DNA from: Thermoplasmatales archaeon
GTDB taxonomy: Archaea; Thermoplasmatota; E2; DHVEG-1
NCBI GenBank assembly: GCA_020341795.1
Contig: CP070836.1
Location: forward strand, 1,303,212 to 1,367,211
Direction of reading: 5' to 3'
DNA length: 64,000 nucleotides
Shown: positions 19,150-28,999 of the stretch, piece after piece
How positions within the stretch are numbered: the first letter of the stretch is position 1
Layout: the number at the start of each line of letters is the position of its first letter
The notes under the pieces: generated by a model
What the model was told of the DNA's origin: nothing
What the model saw: the letters and a program-made list of their open reading frames with translations, nothing else
Database searches by the model: none
Translations under genes and position numbers: made by a program

Positions 19150-19677
19150 TCATCCATCAATTTTTTTCATAATGATTTCAATAATTTCCTCTGGAGTTTT
19201 ATCTGAAGAATCAATTACAAGATCGTAAATACTCGAATCAATTAGATCAATATTGTAATATTTTTTATATCGGGCAGATTCACTTCGCTCACGTTCTAAA
19301 ATCTCTTTTTTTCTTTTATCGACATTGCCTTTTTCACGGTTTACAATTCGTTTAGCACGTGTATCAATATCTGCGTTTATCATAATTTTAAAAGCAGAAA
19401 TATTATTTTTAAATGCTAGCCAACCAGCTATTCTCCCCTCAAGTATAACATCATCTTTTTTAAGGATTTCAACTTGTTTTTCGTCAAGTTCTTTATCGAT
19501 ATTGCTGTTTTCTTCACAATATTTACCAAATTCTTCTAGTGTCATGTTATATTTTTCTGCAGTTTCTCTAAAAATCAATCCTGAATAAACATAGCGTAGA
19601 TTTAATCTCTTATGTAAAAGCTGAGCAATTGTTGACTTTCCACTACCTGGTGTCCCACTAATTGTTATAATAACCAT
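19150..19677 (-). CDS. cmk: cytidylate kinase, archaeal type
   Basis: P-loop ISGTPGSGKST; size and position after the DUF106 gene as in archaeal secY-adk clusters. Confidence 0.8.
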   Translation of the reverse strand: MVIITISGTPGSGKSTIAQLLHKRLNLRYVYSGLIFRETAEKYNMTLEEFGKYCEENSNIDKELDEKQVEILKKDDVILEGRIAGWLAFKNNISAFKIMINADIDTRAKRIVNREKGNVDKRKKEILERERSESARYKKYYNIDLIDSSIYDLVIDSSDKTPEEIIEIIMKKIDG

Positions 19678-19679
19678 TT

Positions 19680-20360
19680 TTACATCTGTACTTTTGAAGG
19701 TCTAATTTTTGCTCTTATATTCTTCCACCAATTCGACCAGCTTATTAGTTTCAAAGCCTGACGAATAATATGCCCAATTACAAATGAAAAGATAATATAA
19801 AGCCAGATCCATGCTTGTCCAAAACCAAATGGCCAACTGAAAAATGATACTTCATTTGCCCATGGTGTGGTAAAGTAATAATGTGGAAGACCAACTAGGA
19901 AAAACCTAAGCCACATAAAAATAGGGTAAATAAAAATAATTAAAAATAGCATGGGTTTCATTGAGCCGCTTGAAGCTTCTTGTTGTTTTTTCATGATTTC
20001 AGGTTGCATTTTCATAAGTTTATTTATTCGATTAGTGTTCCCCTCACGTCTGGCTTTTTGGATTTCTTGTTGAAATGCTCTAGTGACTTCTTGTGAAGCA
20101 CCCATTTTTTTCCAATCTGTAAAAAAGTTAGTAAGCAAACCTGATAATATTACCACAAGTAATCCTGCAAATACAATAGTTAAAACAGGATATTGGCCGC
20201 CAAATCCGATAATTGGGTAAAAAACTGCTTGACCAAAATTTATCATAGCTAATTGAACTGCTTGATTGCTAAATACGAAAAAGATTAAAAATAGAAATAT
20301 TAAAAGATATAAAAACATGCTTCCTTGTGCTTTGTTATCCATTTTTTTCATACTTATCAC
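19680..20360 (-). CDS. DUF106 / EMC3-Oxa1-superfamily membrane protein (archaeal YidC-like)
   Basis: Three hydrophobic helices with an intervening basic coiled segment (KLMKMQPEIMKKQQE); conserved position between adk and cmk. Confidence 0.6.
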   Translation of the reverse strand: MISMKKMDNKAQGSMFLYLLIFLFLIFFVFSNQAVQLAMINFGQAVFYPIIGFGGQYPVLTIVFAGLLVVILSGLLTNFFTDWKKMGASQEVTRAFQQEIQKARREGNTNRINKLMKMQPEIMKKQQEASSGSMKPMLFLIIFIYPIFMWLRFFLVGLPHYYFTTPWANEVSFFSWPFGFGQAWIWLYIIFSFVIGHIIRQALKLISWSNWWKNIRAKIRPSKVQM

Positions 20361-20367
20361 AATATTT

Positions 20368-20916
20368 TTATTTTAATACAGGGGATGCTTGTTTTACAGC
20401 ATCCTCGATTTTATTATCATGATTATATACAATTTTAACAGTTGCACCAGTAAGGGCTGCATATGCCATTGCGGTCGCCCTATTAATCATTTGGTGCTCA
20501 TCTATTTGTTCTTTTGTATCAGAATCACGGTTGCGTGTTGGATCATTTGCTCGTCTGTTAAATATTTCAGTGGGGTTAGCTTCAACAACTACAATAGCTA
20601 TTGGATTTATTCTTTTTACTACCCATTCAGGAAGCCCTGGCATATAACCTTTTGGTGTTTTAACTGTGCAATGCGTATCAAGTATTACATTTCTCATTTT
20701 TGCAATTTTTTCTGCACTTTTTATTTGCAGGTCTTTTTGCTGTTCAAGTGTTAATTTCCTCATTTCATCCCGGTCTTTTATAAGACCAGTTTCTATTGCC
20801 ATATCTGACATAACTGTTCCAAATGTGACAAACTCTATATCCATACCCTCTGCTGCTTTTTTCATAACTGTCGTTTTACCTACACCAGGTATACCCGTTA
20901 CAACAATAATTCCCAT
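20368..20916 (-). CDS. adkA: adenylate kinase, archaeal AdkA type
   Basis: P-loop VTGIPGVGKTT; ~180 aa; immediately downstream of secY. Confidence 0.85.
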   Translation of the reverse strand: MGIIVVTGIPGVGKTTVMKKAAEGMDIEFVTFGTVMSDMAIETGLIKDRDEMRKLTLEQQKDLQIKSAEKIAKMRNVILDTHCTVKTPKGYMPGLPEWVVKRINPIAIVVVEANPTEIFNRRANDPTRNRDSDTKEQIDEHQMINRATAMAYAALTGATVKIVYNHDNKIEDAVKQASPVLK

Positions 20917-20935
20917 AAGTCAATCACTTTTTTAT

Positions 20936-22474
20936 TTACTCAGTTCCAAAGAATCCACGTAGGACAGGGTGCATTTCCATTGCTTGTTCTTTTGCAATAT
21001 CCTCATACAGACGAATAATAATTCCAACTGTTAGCAACAGTCCTGTTCCACTCGCATTTCCTACGGTTCCAACCATATCCGCGAAACCCGCAAGGGCTCC
21101 TACGGCAAATCCACCAATCACTGTCACCACCGGAATATATCTTTCAAGCACTTTACGTAACACTCTTGGGTCACGTCGAAAACCGGGGATTTGCATACCA
21201 CTGCTTTGTATTTGACGTGCGACAGCGGATGGCCCCATATCAGTTGTTTCTATCCAAAACTTAGCAAATAAAATTGAACCAACAATAAGAATAGTCATGT
21301 AAACAATAACCTTAATTGCATATTGATGAGGACCATGTATACCATCCGAGGGGCCACCCATAATTGGTATAAGCCAACTATTCACTCCTCCAGGGTTTGA
21401 AAGATACCACGCTCCTCCCATGGTAGCTTGTGTTGTTCCACTTGCAAAATCATATTTACCAAGCCACCATTGGCCACCCAAAAGCGGTATATTTGATCGA
21501 TACAGAAGCATAGCAAACATGTTAATATTTGCAAGAAGCGCTGCCATCAATATGACAGGAATATTAGATGCATAAATCAATCTAATTGGATACCTTCCCC
21601 TGGCACCACGTACACGTCCGTGAGCAAGAGGAAGCTCAATACGGCTAGACTCAGCATATACAACTATGAAAAATATTAAAATAGTGCCAAGCAATGGCAC
21701 GATTGCATTTTGATAGCCTATCTGATTATTTCCTATAAACAGCGTTTGATAACCCCAGCTGGTCATATCACCAAGGTTCATGTTTGTAGCATAATAATAC
21801 GTACCAGGAATAACTCCTGCAGGTGGATTACCAAGACTTATCTCGCCTCCCCGGATAGGTAACCAATTGAAAAGACCAGTAAACAAAGCCTGTGAAACAC
21901 CAGCAGCGATAAATAATGATATTCCTGAACCGATACCCCATTTAGATATAAGCTCATCCATGAAGAACACTAGAAAAGCACCAATAATTAGCTGAAGTAC
22001 AATTAAGAAATTTGCCATACCTCCTCCAACTGCTGTAACAAACTCTGGATTCGGTGCAAGATATCCAAATATCTGAGGCACAGCTTCAACAATTATCATT
22101 ACAACAACAAGAATTTTCTGTGTTCCTTGATAAATTGCTTTATCTTCCTTTTTTGTAAGATCAAGTTTTATAATTTTTGCACCAACAAATAGCTGCAAAA
22201 TAATAGAAGCGGTAACAATTGGTCCAATTCCAAGGTGCATAATACTTCCGGACGCACCTGCCATGATAAAACGGTATTGTTCAAACAAATCAATTGTTTG
22301 TCCTGCAAGACCATAAATCATAACATTTGTAAGAATGAAATAAAGAATTAAACATAAAAGAGTCCAAAGAATTTTAGTTCTAAAGTTGACGTGGCCTTCA
22401 GGTTTTGTTACTGCAGGCCAACGCTCAATAAGTGGTTTTAATGCAAACAGTCGACTTTTCTTTTCCTCTACCAT
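20936..22474 (-). CDS. secY: protein translocase subunit SecY/Sec61-alpha
   Basis: Ten-TM profile, 512 aa, conserved position after uL15. Confidence 0.9.
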   Translation of the reverse strand: MVEEKKSRLFALKPLIERWPAVTKPEGHVNFRTKILWTLLCLILYFILTNVMIYGLAGQTIDLFEQYRFIMAGASGSIMHLGIGPIVTASIILQLFVGAKIIKLDLTKKEDKAIYQGTQKILVVVMIIVEAVPQIFGYLAPNPEFVTAVGGGMANFLIVLQLIIGAFLVFFMDELISKWGIGSGISLFIAAGVSQALFTGLFNWLPIRGGEISLGNPPAGVIPGTYYYATNMNLGDMTSWGYQTLFIGNNQIGYQNAIVPLLGTILIFFIVVYAESSRIELPLAHGRVRGARGRYPIRLIYASNIPVILMAALLANINMFAMLLYRSNIPLLGGQWWLGKYDFASGTTQATMGGAWYLSNPGGVNSWLIPIMGGPSDGIHGPHQYAIKVIVYMTILIVGSILFAKFWIETTDMGPSAVARQIQSSGMQIPGFRRDPRVLRKVLERYIPVVTVIGGFAVGALAGFADMVGTVGNASGTGLLLTVGIIIRLYEDIAKEQAMEMHPVLRGFFGTE

Positions 22475-22497
22475 TTATTCAATCCTTTATCGCTTAT

Positions 22498-23007
22498 TTA
22501 TTTTTTCATTACCTCTTTTTTTTCTGAAATTTCTGCTTCAGATTCAAAAGTTGTTTCTTCTACTTGTTCCTCTGTTATTTCTTCTTCAACGCTTGTTTCT
22601 TCAACCACTGGTTCTTCAGGAAGAATTACTTCTCCACCTTTCTCCATAATTTTAGCGATAGCTTTTTCAGAAGCACTATTAACCATAATTTTCATCTTGG
22701 TCTTTATATTTCCGCCACCAAGAAGTTTATCAAATCCTTCCTTTCCTAGATCGACTTCTTTTTTATCTGGAAACATATCCTCAAGTTGACCAATGTTAAT
22801 AATTTTATCTTTTTTTACAATACTTTGAGGTCTTTTAAAACCATGTTTACCGAAATGGTCAGGCATGTTTTTTACCATATGTATATATCGGTGTTTTAAT
22901 AATCCAGCGTTTCCTCGTCCTCCACGAAGTCCAGCGCCTCTTCCGGCTTTTTTTCCTCGACCGTGGGTCATTGATCCTCTGAATTTTTTTGTTTTTGTAC
23001 GTGTCAA
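22498..23007 (-). CDS. rpl15: 50S ribosomal protein uL15 with acidic C-terminal extension
   Basis: N-terminal KKFRGSMTHGRGKKAGRGAGLRGGRGNAG; the C-terminal ~40 aa are Glu-rich (EEPVVEETSVEEEITEEQVEE...). Confidence 0.85.
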   Translation of the reverse strand: MTRTKTKKFRGSMTHGRGKKAGRGAGLRGGRGNAGLLKHRYIHMVKNMPDHFGKHGFKRPQSIVKKDKIINIGQLEDMFPDKKEVDLGKEGFDKLLGGGNIKTKMKIMVNSASEKAIAKIMEKGGEVILPEEPVVEETSVEEEITEEQVEETTFESEAEISEKKEVMKK

Positions 23008-23171
23008 TTTACATCACGTTCCTATATTTTTCACTGTTATTAGGTCAAAGGCAGATATAGTATTATATTATTATATTTTCGGATATCCTTTTAAATATAA
23101 TGTGTTTTAAGTTGATAACAGGGATAAAATCATGCTTTTTAAACTTCTCCCTAATCTATAATTGTATATTT

Positions 23172-23783
23172 TTAACGTTTATTTGTAAGAATTCTTAAAA
23201 GAGTTATATCAACTTTTTGAGTTTTTTTGTTATGAAATAAAAATGAGTGTTTTATTGGATATGAGTATTTTTTGTAGTAATTTATTTCACCGTTAAGTGA
23301 TGATATCATCTTTTCAATAAAATCTATTGTTTTTGAAAGATGTAATGTATAAACTACTTTTGAAATCTCAAATGCTTTTTCAATGAATTGTCTGTCAGCC
23401 CATCTGTTACTTTTTTGCGCACCAAATGGTGGATTCATAATAACTGTGTCACATTTAATGTCTAAATCTTTGACATCTTTTGTTAAAAATTTTATTTTTT
23501 TATTGTTTTTTTCTGCATAATTTTTAGCTATTTTTATAGCTTCTTCATCGATATCTATCCCTATTACCTCTTTTGCGTTTGCAATTTTTGCACCAAATGA
23601 AAAAATACCTGTCCCACATCCAAGATCAATTACTTTTTTATCTTGGATATCACCATATTGACATGCTGTATATATAATATCAGCAGCAATATATGCAGGT
23701 GTCATGTACTGCTCAATATATGGATTAGGTCTTTCATAATTGGGAACTTTTTGAAGTATTATTTCAAGCTCTTTCTGTTTCAT
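23172..23783 (-). CDS. METTL5-like class I SAM-dependent methyltransferase (N6-adenine type NPPFG)
   Basis: LEQY-type N-terminus (IEQYMTPAYIAADII), DLGCGTG SAM motif, NPPFG catalytic motif. Confidence 0.65.
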   Translation of the reverse strand: MKQKELEIILQKVPNYERPNPYIEQYMTPAYIAADIIYTACQYGDIQDKKVIDLGCGTGIFSFGAKIANAKEVIGIDIDEEAIKIAKNYAEKNNKKIKFLTKDVKDLDIKCDTVIMNPPFGAQKSNRWADRQFIEKAFEISKVVYTLHLSKTIDFIEKMISSLNGEINYYKKYSYPIKHSFLFHNKKTQKVDITLLRILTNKR

Positions 23784-23869
23784 CTTAATTATATGAATTA
23801 AAAAAAGAGTAAATTACTTTTTTTGCGTAAATTTTATTTGCCGAACCTTGTTTTAGGCAGTTTACATAG

Positions 23870-23943
23870 GGGCTTGTAGATCAGTTCGGAAGATCGCCTC
23901 CTTGGCATGGAGGAGGCCTCGGGTTCAAATCCCGACAAGTCCA
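23870..23943 (+). tRNA. tRNA-Ala (anticodon GGC)
   Basis: Acceptor GGGCTTG/CAAGTCC with the G3:U70 Ala identity pair, anticodon arm CCTCC-TTGGCAT-GGAGG, T arm TCGGG-TTCAAAT-CCCGA. Confidence 0.9.
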
Positions 23944-24028
23944 TTATTTCTATCTATTCATACAATATTCATCATATATAATTAAAAAAAAATGGAAAAA
24001 AAATGAAAAAATGAAATTATTTCTTGGT

Positions 24029-24277
24029 CTAAACTCCATCATAAGTCATTAATGTATGAGTAAATTGTTCAGAAATATTGTTAAATTTAAAATTATCGTG
24101 TGATGGTTCAATGTTAAAAAAGCCAACGTATGGAGAAATAAACTCTCTATATTTTTCCACACTTTCGGTAACATTATCAAAACAATAGCCACATACGTAA
24201 TACTTTTTTCCTAGAGTTGGGTGACAATACCCTTTAAAAAAGCCTAGTTTTTTACCGCACTCAACACATTTACTCAT
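24029..24277 (-). CDS. zinc-ribbon protein, function unknown
   Basis: CVECGKK...CGYC four-Cys arrangement at the N-terminus. Confidence 0.5.
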   Translation of the reverse strand: MSKCVECGKKLGFFKGYCHPTLGKKYYVCGYCFDNVTESVEKYREFISPYVGFFNIEPSHDNFKFNNISEQFTHTLMTYDGV

Positions 24278-24395
24278 TTTACTTTCACCAAATGATAAAT
24301 TGTTTTAGGGTATCATAAAATCCTTGTTTCGGTTTTTTTGTCATAATTCTAAAATATCATGAATGAGTTTACTTTTGTCAAATATGAGGTGTAAA

Positions 24396-25376
24396 ATGGA
24401 AAATTTAGACCTTAAAGATAGGAAAATTCTTTATCAGCTCGATTTAAACTGTAGACAATCTAATGCTCAGATAGGTAGAAAAGTAGGTCTTTCAAAACAA
24501 GTTGTTGATTACAGGATTAAAAGAATGGAGGACGAAGGAATAATAACTGGTTATTGGACAGCTATTAATTCATGTAAATTAGGTTATAATGTTTATAGAT
24601 ACTATATTACCTTTCAAAATGCGACTCAGAAGATAAAAGATGAAATAATTGATTTCTTAATTAAATATGAAAACACTTGGACTGTTTATTCAGCAACTGG
24701 ATTATTTGATTTAGGTATTGTTATTTGGATTAAAGATCTACAAAGATTTACAAATTTCTGGGAGGAATTCAATGACACATATGGAGACTATATATCTGAA
24801 AAAATTTACTCAGTTCTTCTAAATACTCATGCATATAGGCATACATATTTAACACCGGATCTTTATGATAACGCAGAAAGTAAAAAATATATAAAAATTG
24901 GACCAGGTTCTATCGTTGATATTGATAAACTGGATTTTGAGCTTTTAAATATGATAGTCTTAAATGCAAGAAAACCATTGATTGAAATAGCAGAACAGCT
25001 AAAAAGCTCATCCCAGACTATTAGTTATCGAATTAAAAACCTCATGAATAATGGGATAATTCAATTATTTAGAGTAAGAATAAATTACTCAAAACTTAAT
25101 CTTCAGCAATTTTTCCTTGGAATTTGGTTTCGAAAGCTTTCTAAAAGAAGAGAAATATGGAGATTTATTGAAGAAAATCCAAATATAACTCAAATTGTTA
25201 CATGTGCCGGATATGCTGATTTACAAGCTGAAATAATAATTGATGATGTGGATAAAATAGAAAATTTTATGAATACTATATCAGAAAAATTTCCAGATAC
25301 TATTCGAAAATATAATTATTCAATTTGTAAAAAACAATATATATTGAGATGTTTACCAGATATGAAATTTAAATAA
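24396..25376 (+). CDS. tandem Lrp/AsnC-type HTH transcriptional regulator
   Basis: Two AsnC-type HTH modules (LDLKDRKILYQLD...IGRKVGLSKQVVDYRIKRMEDEGII and LDFELLNMIVLNARKPLIEIAEQLKSSSQTISYRIKNLMNNGII). Start at MENLDLKD is preferred. Confidence 0.75.
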   Translation: MENLDLKDRKILYQLDLNCRQSNAQIGRKVGLSKQVVDYRIKRMEDEGIITGYWTAINSCKLGYNVYRYYITFQNATQKIKDEIIDFLIKYENTWTVYSATGLFDLGIVIWIKDLQRFTNFWEEFNDTYGDYISEKIYSVLLNTHAYRHTYLTPDLYDNAESKKYIKIGPGSIVDIDKLDFELLNMIVLNARKPLIEIAEQLKSSSQTISYRIKNLMNNGIIQLFRVRINYSKLNLQQFFLGIWFRKLSKRREIWRFIEENPNITQIVTCAGYADLQAEIIIDDVDKIENFMNTISEKFPDTIRKYNYSICKKQYILRCLPDMKFK

Positions 25377-25388
25377 ATTAAATGGAGT

Positions 25389-25517
25389 TTATGAAAAATC
25401 ATCTCTACCTACATCTTTTTCATCTTCTTTTAATATGGATAATGCACATTCTAAGCAGATATCATTTTCCATTTCTTCTTCTGTTTTTTCTTCTCCACAT
25501 ATAGAACATATTCGCAT
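25389..25517 (-). CDS. possible 42-aa zinc-ribbon peptide (not in track)
   Basis: MRICSICGEEKTEEEMENDICLECALSILKEDEKDVGRDDFS; CxxC...CxxC; no clear SD. Confidence 0.25.
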   Translation of the reverse strand: MRICSICGEEKTEEEMENDICLECALSILKEDEKDVGRDDFS

Positions 25518-25625
25518 ATTATTAAATTGTTATCCTATTATATATAAACCATTGTATGATTTTTTTAAAATTGTGGATAAAATAAGTGAAAAATTGTTAT
25601 TTTAAGTTGAAATATTTTCAATAAA

Positions 25626-25952
25626 TTATCGTCTTATTATAGCATATGAAATCATATCTTGTTCCCGTAGAAGTTTGCAAATTCTACATATCTCAATAGG
25701 AACAATTTTTAAACCATTATTAATTATTTTTTCAGCAGAAAAATTAATTTCAAAAAGAATTTTATTATTTTTAATATTAATCTTACCACGTTTTCTAGAT
25801 AAATATTGACTTACTGAAGCAGGTGTAATTCCTAGTTTCTCTGCTGCTTCTTTTTGACTTAATCCAAAATTTTTTATCATACATTTTACAAGTTCTTTTC
25901 TAATTACAGTTAATCCATGCCATTGCATGTATTCACAGGGAGTTTTTATCAT
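25626..25952 (-). CDS. HTH transcriptional regulator (Tfx/XRE-like)
   Basis: LSQKEAAEKLGITPASVSQYLSRKRG helix-turn-helix. Confidence 0.65.
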   Translation of the reverse strand: MIKTPCEYMQWHGLTVIRKELVKCMIKNFGLSQKEAAEKLGITPASVSQYLSRKRGKINIKNNKILFEINFSAEKIINNGLKIVPIEICRICKLLREQDMISYAIIRR

Positions 25953-26267
25953 ATAAATGTGATATAATTATACATATATAAAATTAACGACTGTTAATCA
26001 TTAATATTACATTTTGAAAATCCTAATAATAAGATCTTACAATCAATATATTATAAAATCAACAGAAGAAAAAAGGGTTTATGATTGGTGGGTGGAGGTG
26101 AAACATTATATGTTTCAACATAAAGGAGAGAACCCAATCAAACCCTAAAGTTAACGATTGTTAAGTCATAATGGTATATAAAGATTTGGCTAAAAATTAA
26201 GGCAATTGTCTATAAAAATAAAAAGTATAGATTATCGTTTTTTTAAAAAAAATTCGAAAACCTTTTT

Positions 26268-28211
26268 TTAGTAGCCTCCTATTTTAAGAGTAGGATCACC
26301 AAATAAAAACCATTGCTGAGCCATTTTTACATCCATATGATCATTATTTCCATTAAATCGGTGTAAATATTCAGTAATTGTCTGTACATGGTTTTCGCCT
26401 AGAATATCTTTTCCTTCTTCACCATAGAGCTGTAAGAATCGTAACTCTTGCCATCCGTTAATTACCTCTAGATAGTCTATTACACCATTTTGATCATTAT
26501 CATCCCGTCCATGTGTTCCAAGTCCTGTATTTGAAATAGTTGCTATAGTACCCCCTGATCCCTGGACGGTTAACTTCCATGCCCAACAATGACCCTGCCA
26601 TCCATTTGTCCAAAATTTACTAAAGAAATATCTTATACCAAATTTCTCAATACCAGATTTAATATTTTTCGCAACAGAAATATCAAATTTACCATTTAGA
26701 CATCCACCAATTACTGCGATTGGAAGCTTTTCTTTATTTCTTAAAAAATTCATATGAATTGTACTGTAAAACTCAGTCCATTTTGTCCCATCAGGAGGAT
26801 AATGAGTAGCCCAACTAGTTGCACTACCATGACCACAGAAATACACAAACCCTCCGCCAGGCTTCATTGCACCATTAATAGTTTTATAATCATAATCTTC
26901 CCCTGGCACTGGATACACTTCTACTGGATTAAAACCAGGCATAAGCTCAATTGCTCTTGCAGCAATATGTTCTCCTTCATTGAAATTGTTATCATCTTCA
27001 TATGAGTCTCCAGCTATCAATATTAAGTTTTTAAACCAGTTTTTATCCTTAGTTTTACCTGTTTCATATTCAATTATTTTATCAACCATAGTTTTTACTT
27101 CATAAATACTCCTGCAGGGTAGACGTCCAATGTAAACATCAGGATAAAGATCCATTTCATCTCTACCATCTTCATTCCACTCAGCAAAAATATCATTACC
27201 ATTAGTATTCCAACTTGAAAAATTCCCCTCTGAATCATAAAAATCAGCATAATAAAGATCTGAAATAAATGCAACCTCAGGGTATTCCTGAGTACCCTCT
27301 GGTGGTACTACATGGCTATATCTAACTGGAATATTCCATTTTAAACTTTGGCGCTTAATACCGCCAACTAGTAAAACATATTTAACTCCCCATTTCTCAA
27401 CAGTACTTTTTATGAAATATTTAATTTTCTCAGGCTGATCAACACCCTGATTTCCTTGTTGGATTGCATTTTCAATAGTGACAAGTTTTGTTTTTATTCC
27501 CATTTTGTTTTTATGTTCAACAAGCGGATTTAATCTTCTTGTAAAAGAATCTGGTGTCAATATTAAAAGATCATAATCACTTTTTTCCTCAATCAATGGT
27601 GAATCAGGTTCTATATATGCAACATTAATTATTACATTATCAATATGATTTATCTTATCAAGTGCAGGAATGTATCTAACAGGGTAGCTTCTAATTGCAA
27701 GAAAAGTCTTTCGTTCACCATTGCTGCCAAGTCCTCCCCCCTTATGATATGTAACCCAATCATTTGGATACAACTCATCCATTGAATAAATTGGTTCAAA
27801 TTCTGCTGTTTCAGGTGAATATGAACCATATGCGATTTTTTTAGAAATTGTTTCTTCAATGATTTCCTTATGACTAAAATTTACATCTAAAATTTTTGTG
27901 CCAAAAGGAAATTCTAAAATAGAAATATTAACAGGTAATATGGGTCTTCCATCACCAATACTATATACATCTGCTTCATTTACATACACGTTAATAAAAT
28001 CTCCATTTTCCACTATTTCTGGTTCTGAGAAATTATAATTAAAGGATAAAGTCATTGAACCTAAAGGTGGTATATACCTAGGCGTTTCCTGTCCTTTTTT
28101 TCCATTATTGTCATTATTTCCTTCATCTAAATAATAAAAAATTCCAATGCTAGCTATGATTATAATCGTAATTAATACCAATCCCAATGCTTTCTTCCCA
28201 CTTATTTTCAT
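26268..28211 (-). CDS. membrane-anchored peptidase C25 (gingipain)-like cysteine protease
   Basis: N-terminal TM anchor; DYDLLILTPDSF...LVEHKNKMGIKTKLV; catalytic-looking FCGHGSATSWATH (His) and IGGCLNGKFD (Cys) as in clan CD family C25. Confidence 0.7.
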   Translation of the reverse strand: MKISGKKALGLVLITIIIIASIGIFYYLDEGNNDNNGKKGQETPRYIPPLGSMTLSFNYNFSEPEIVENGDFINVYVNEADVYSIGDGRPILPVNISILEFPFGTKILDVNFSHKEIIEETISKKIAYGSYSPETAEFEPIYSMDELYPNDWVTYHKGGGLGSNGERKTFLAIRSYPVRYIPALDKINHIDNVIINVAYIEPDSPLIEEKSDYDLLILTPDSFTRRLNPLVEHKNKMGIKTKLVTIENAIQQGNQGVDQPEKIKYFIKSTVEKWGVKYVLLVGGIKRQSLKWNIPVRYSHVVPPEGTQEYPEVAFISDLYYADFYDSEGNFSSWNTNGNDIFAEWNEDGRDEMDLYPDVYIGRLPCRSIYEVKTMVDKIIEYETGKTKDKNWFKNLILIAGDSYEDDNNFNEGEHIAARAIELMPGFNPVEVYPVPGEDYDYKTINGAMKPGGGFVYFCGHGSATSWATHYPPDGTKWTEFYSTIHMNFLRNKEKLPIAVIGGCLNGKFDISVAKNIKSGIEKFGIRYFFSKFWTNGWQGHCWAWKLTVQGSGGTIATISNTGLGTHGRDDNDQNGVIDYLEVINGWQELRFLQLYGEEGKDILGENHVQTITEYLHRFNGNNDHMDVKMAQQWFLFGDPTLKIGGY

Positions 28212-28443
28212 GCCTATCTCATAATAATATATTCAATAATTTATATAAACCTTCTTATTTGAAATTATTAGTTTTATGACACATGAAACTTATGAATAAG
28301 TAAAAAAAACTGACAATGAATATATTTTTTTTAAAGCTAAAAAATCTAATTAATCAACCATATTAAAAATTATTTACTTAATAAAAACAACCAAAATATT
28401 AAATATATGAACATATGTTCTACTATATAAAGAGTCAGTTTCT

Positions 28444-28947
28444 ATGATGCGTACAAAAGTTGTTAATGATTCGACTGATTTAGTCCCCCTACTTAGAGCT
28501 TTTGATAACAAAACAAAAAAGGAGGTCTTCAGTGAACTCCTTCAAGATTGGAAGCCTATGAGTGACATCCTTGAAAAATATGGGGAAGAAGGAGCAGACG
28601 CTCTTGAATATTTTGATAAGATGAAACTTGTTGAAACTAAATGGACAACATCTGAAGAAGGAATTGAAGGACGACCACAAAAAAAATACCGATCATATTA
28701 TTCAGCTTTTAACATAAACATATCATGTCCTGTTAATGAAATCAGCGAGATCTTTACTGTCGCATCACTTAACCGAAAAGAATTTACAAAACTCGAAAAT
28801 GATATATTTCAATATATAGGAGAGGATGGTAAATTCGGAAACATGGTTGCAGAAAACTTTAATCTATCCAACCTTGCGTTAAAAGGACTTGTTAAAAGAT
28901 CAAACAAATTCTGCTATAAAGGTTTGAAACTTAGCAGGAAAGACTAA
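28444..28947 (+). CDS. hypothetical protein, possible winged-helix N-terminus
   Basis: Clean 167-aa ORF; weak ArsR-like pattern at the N-terminus only. Confidence 0.45.
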   Translation: MMRTKVVNDSTDLVPLLRAFDNKTKKEVFSELLQDWKPMSDILEKYGEEGADALEYFDKMKLVETKWTTSEEGIEGRPQKKYRSYYSAFNINISCPVNEISEIFTVASLNRKEFTKLENDIFQYIGEDGKFGNMVAENFNLSNLALKGLVKRSNKFCYKGLKLSRKD

Positions 28948-28999
28948 TAATTGTTTATCGAATCTTTTTATAATATATTTGTATACCTAATGACTAGTT

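Noticed and set aside
19325-20962. Track ORFs 19325-19588, 20389-20754 and 20666-20962 (+).
   Set aside because: They are antisense to cmk and adkA.
22386-23110. Track ORFs 22386-22649, 22564-22749 and 22865-23110 (+).
   Set aside because: They are antisense to secY and uL15; the Leu/Phe-rich products mirror the acidic tail codons.
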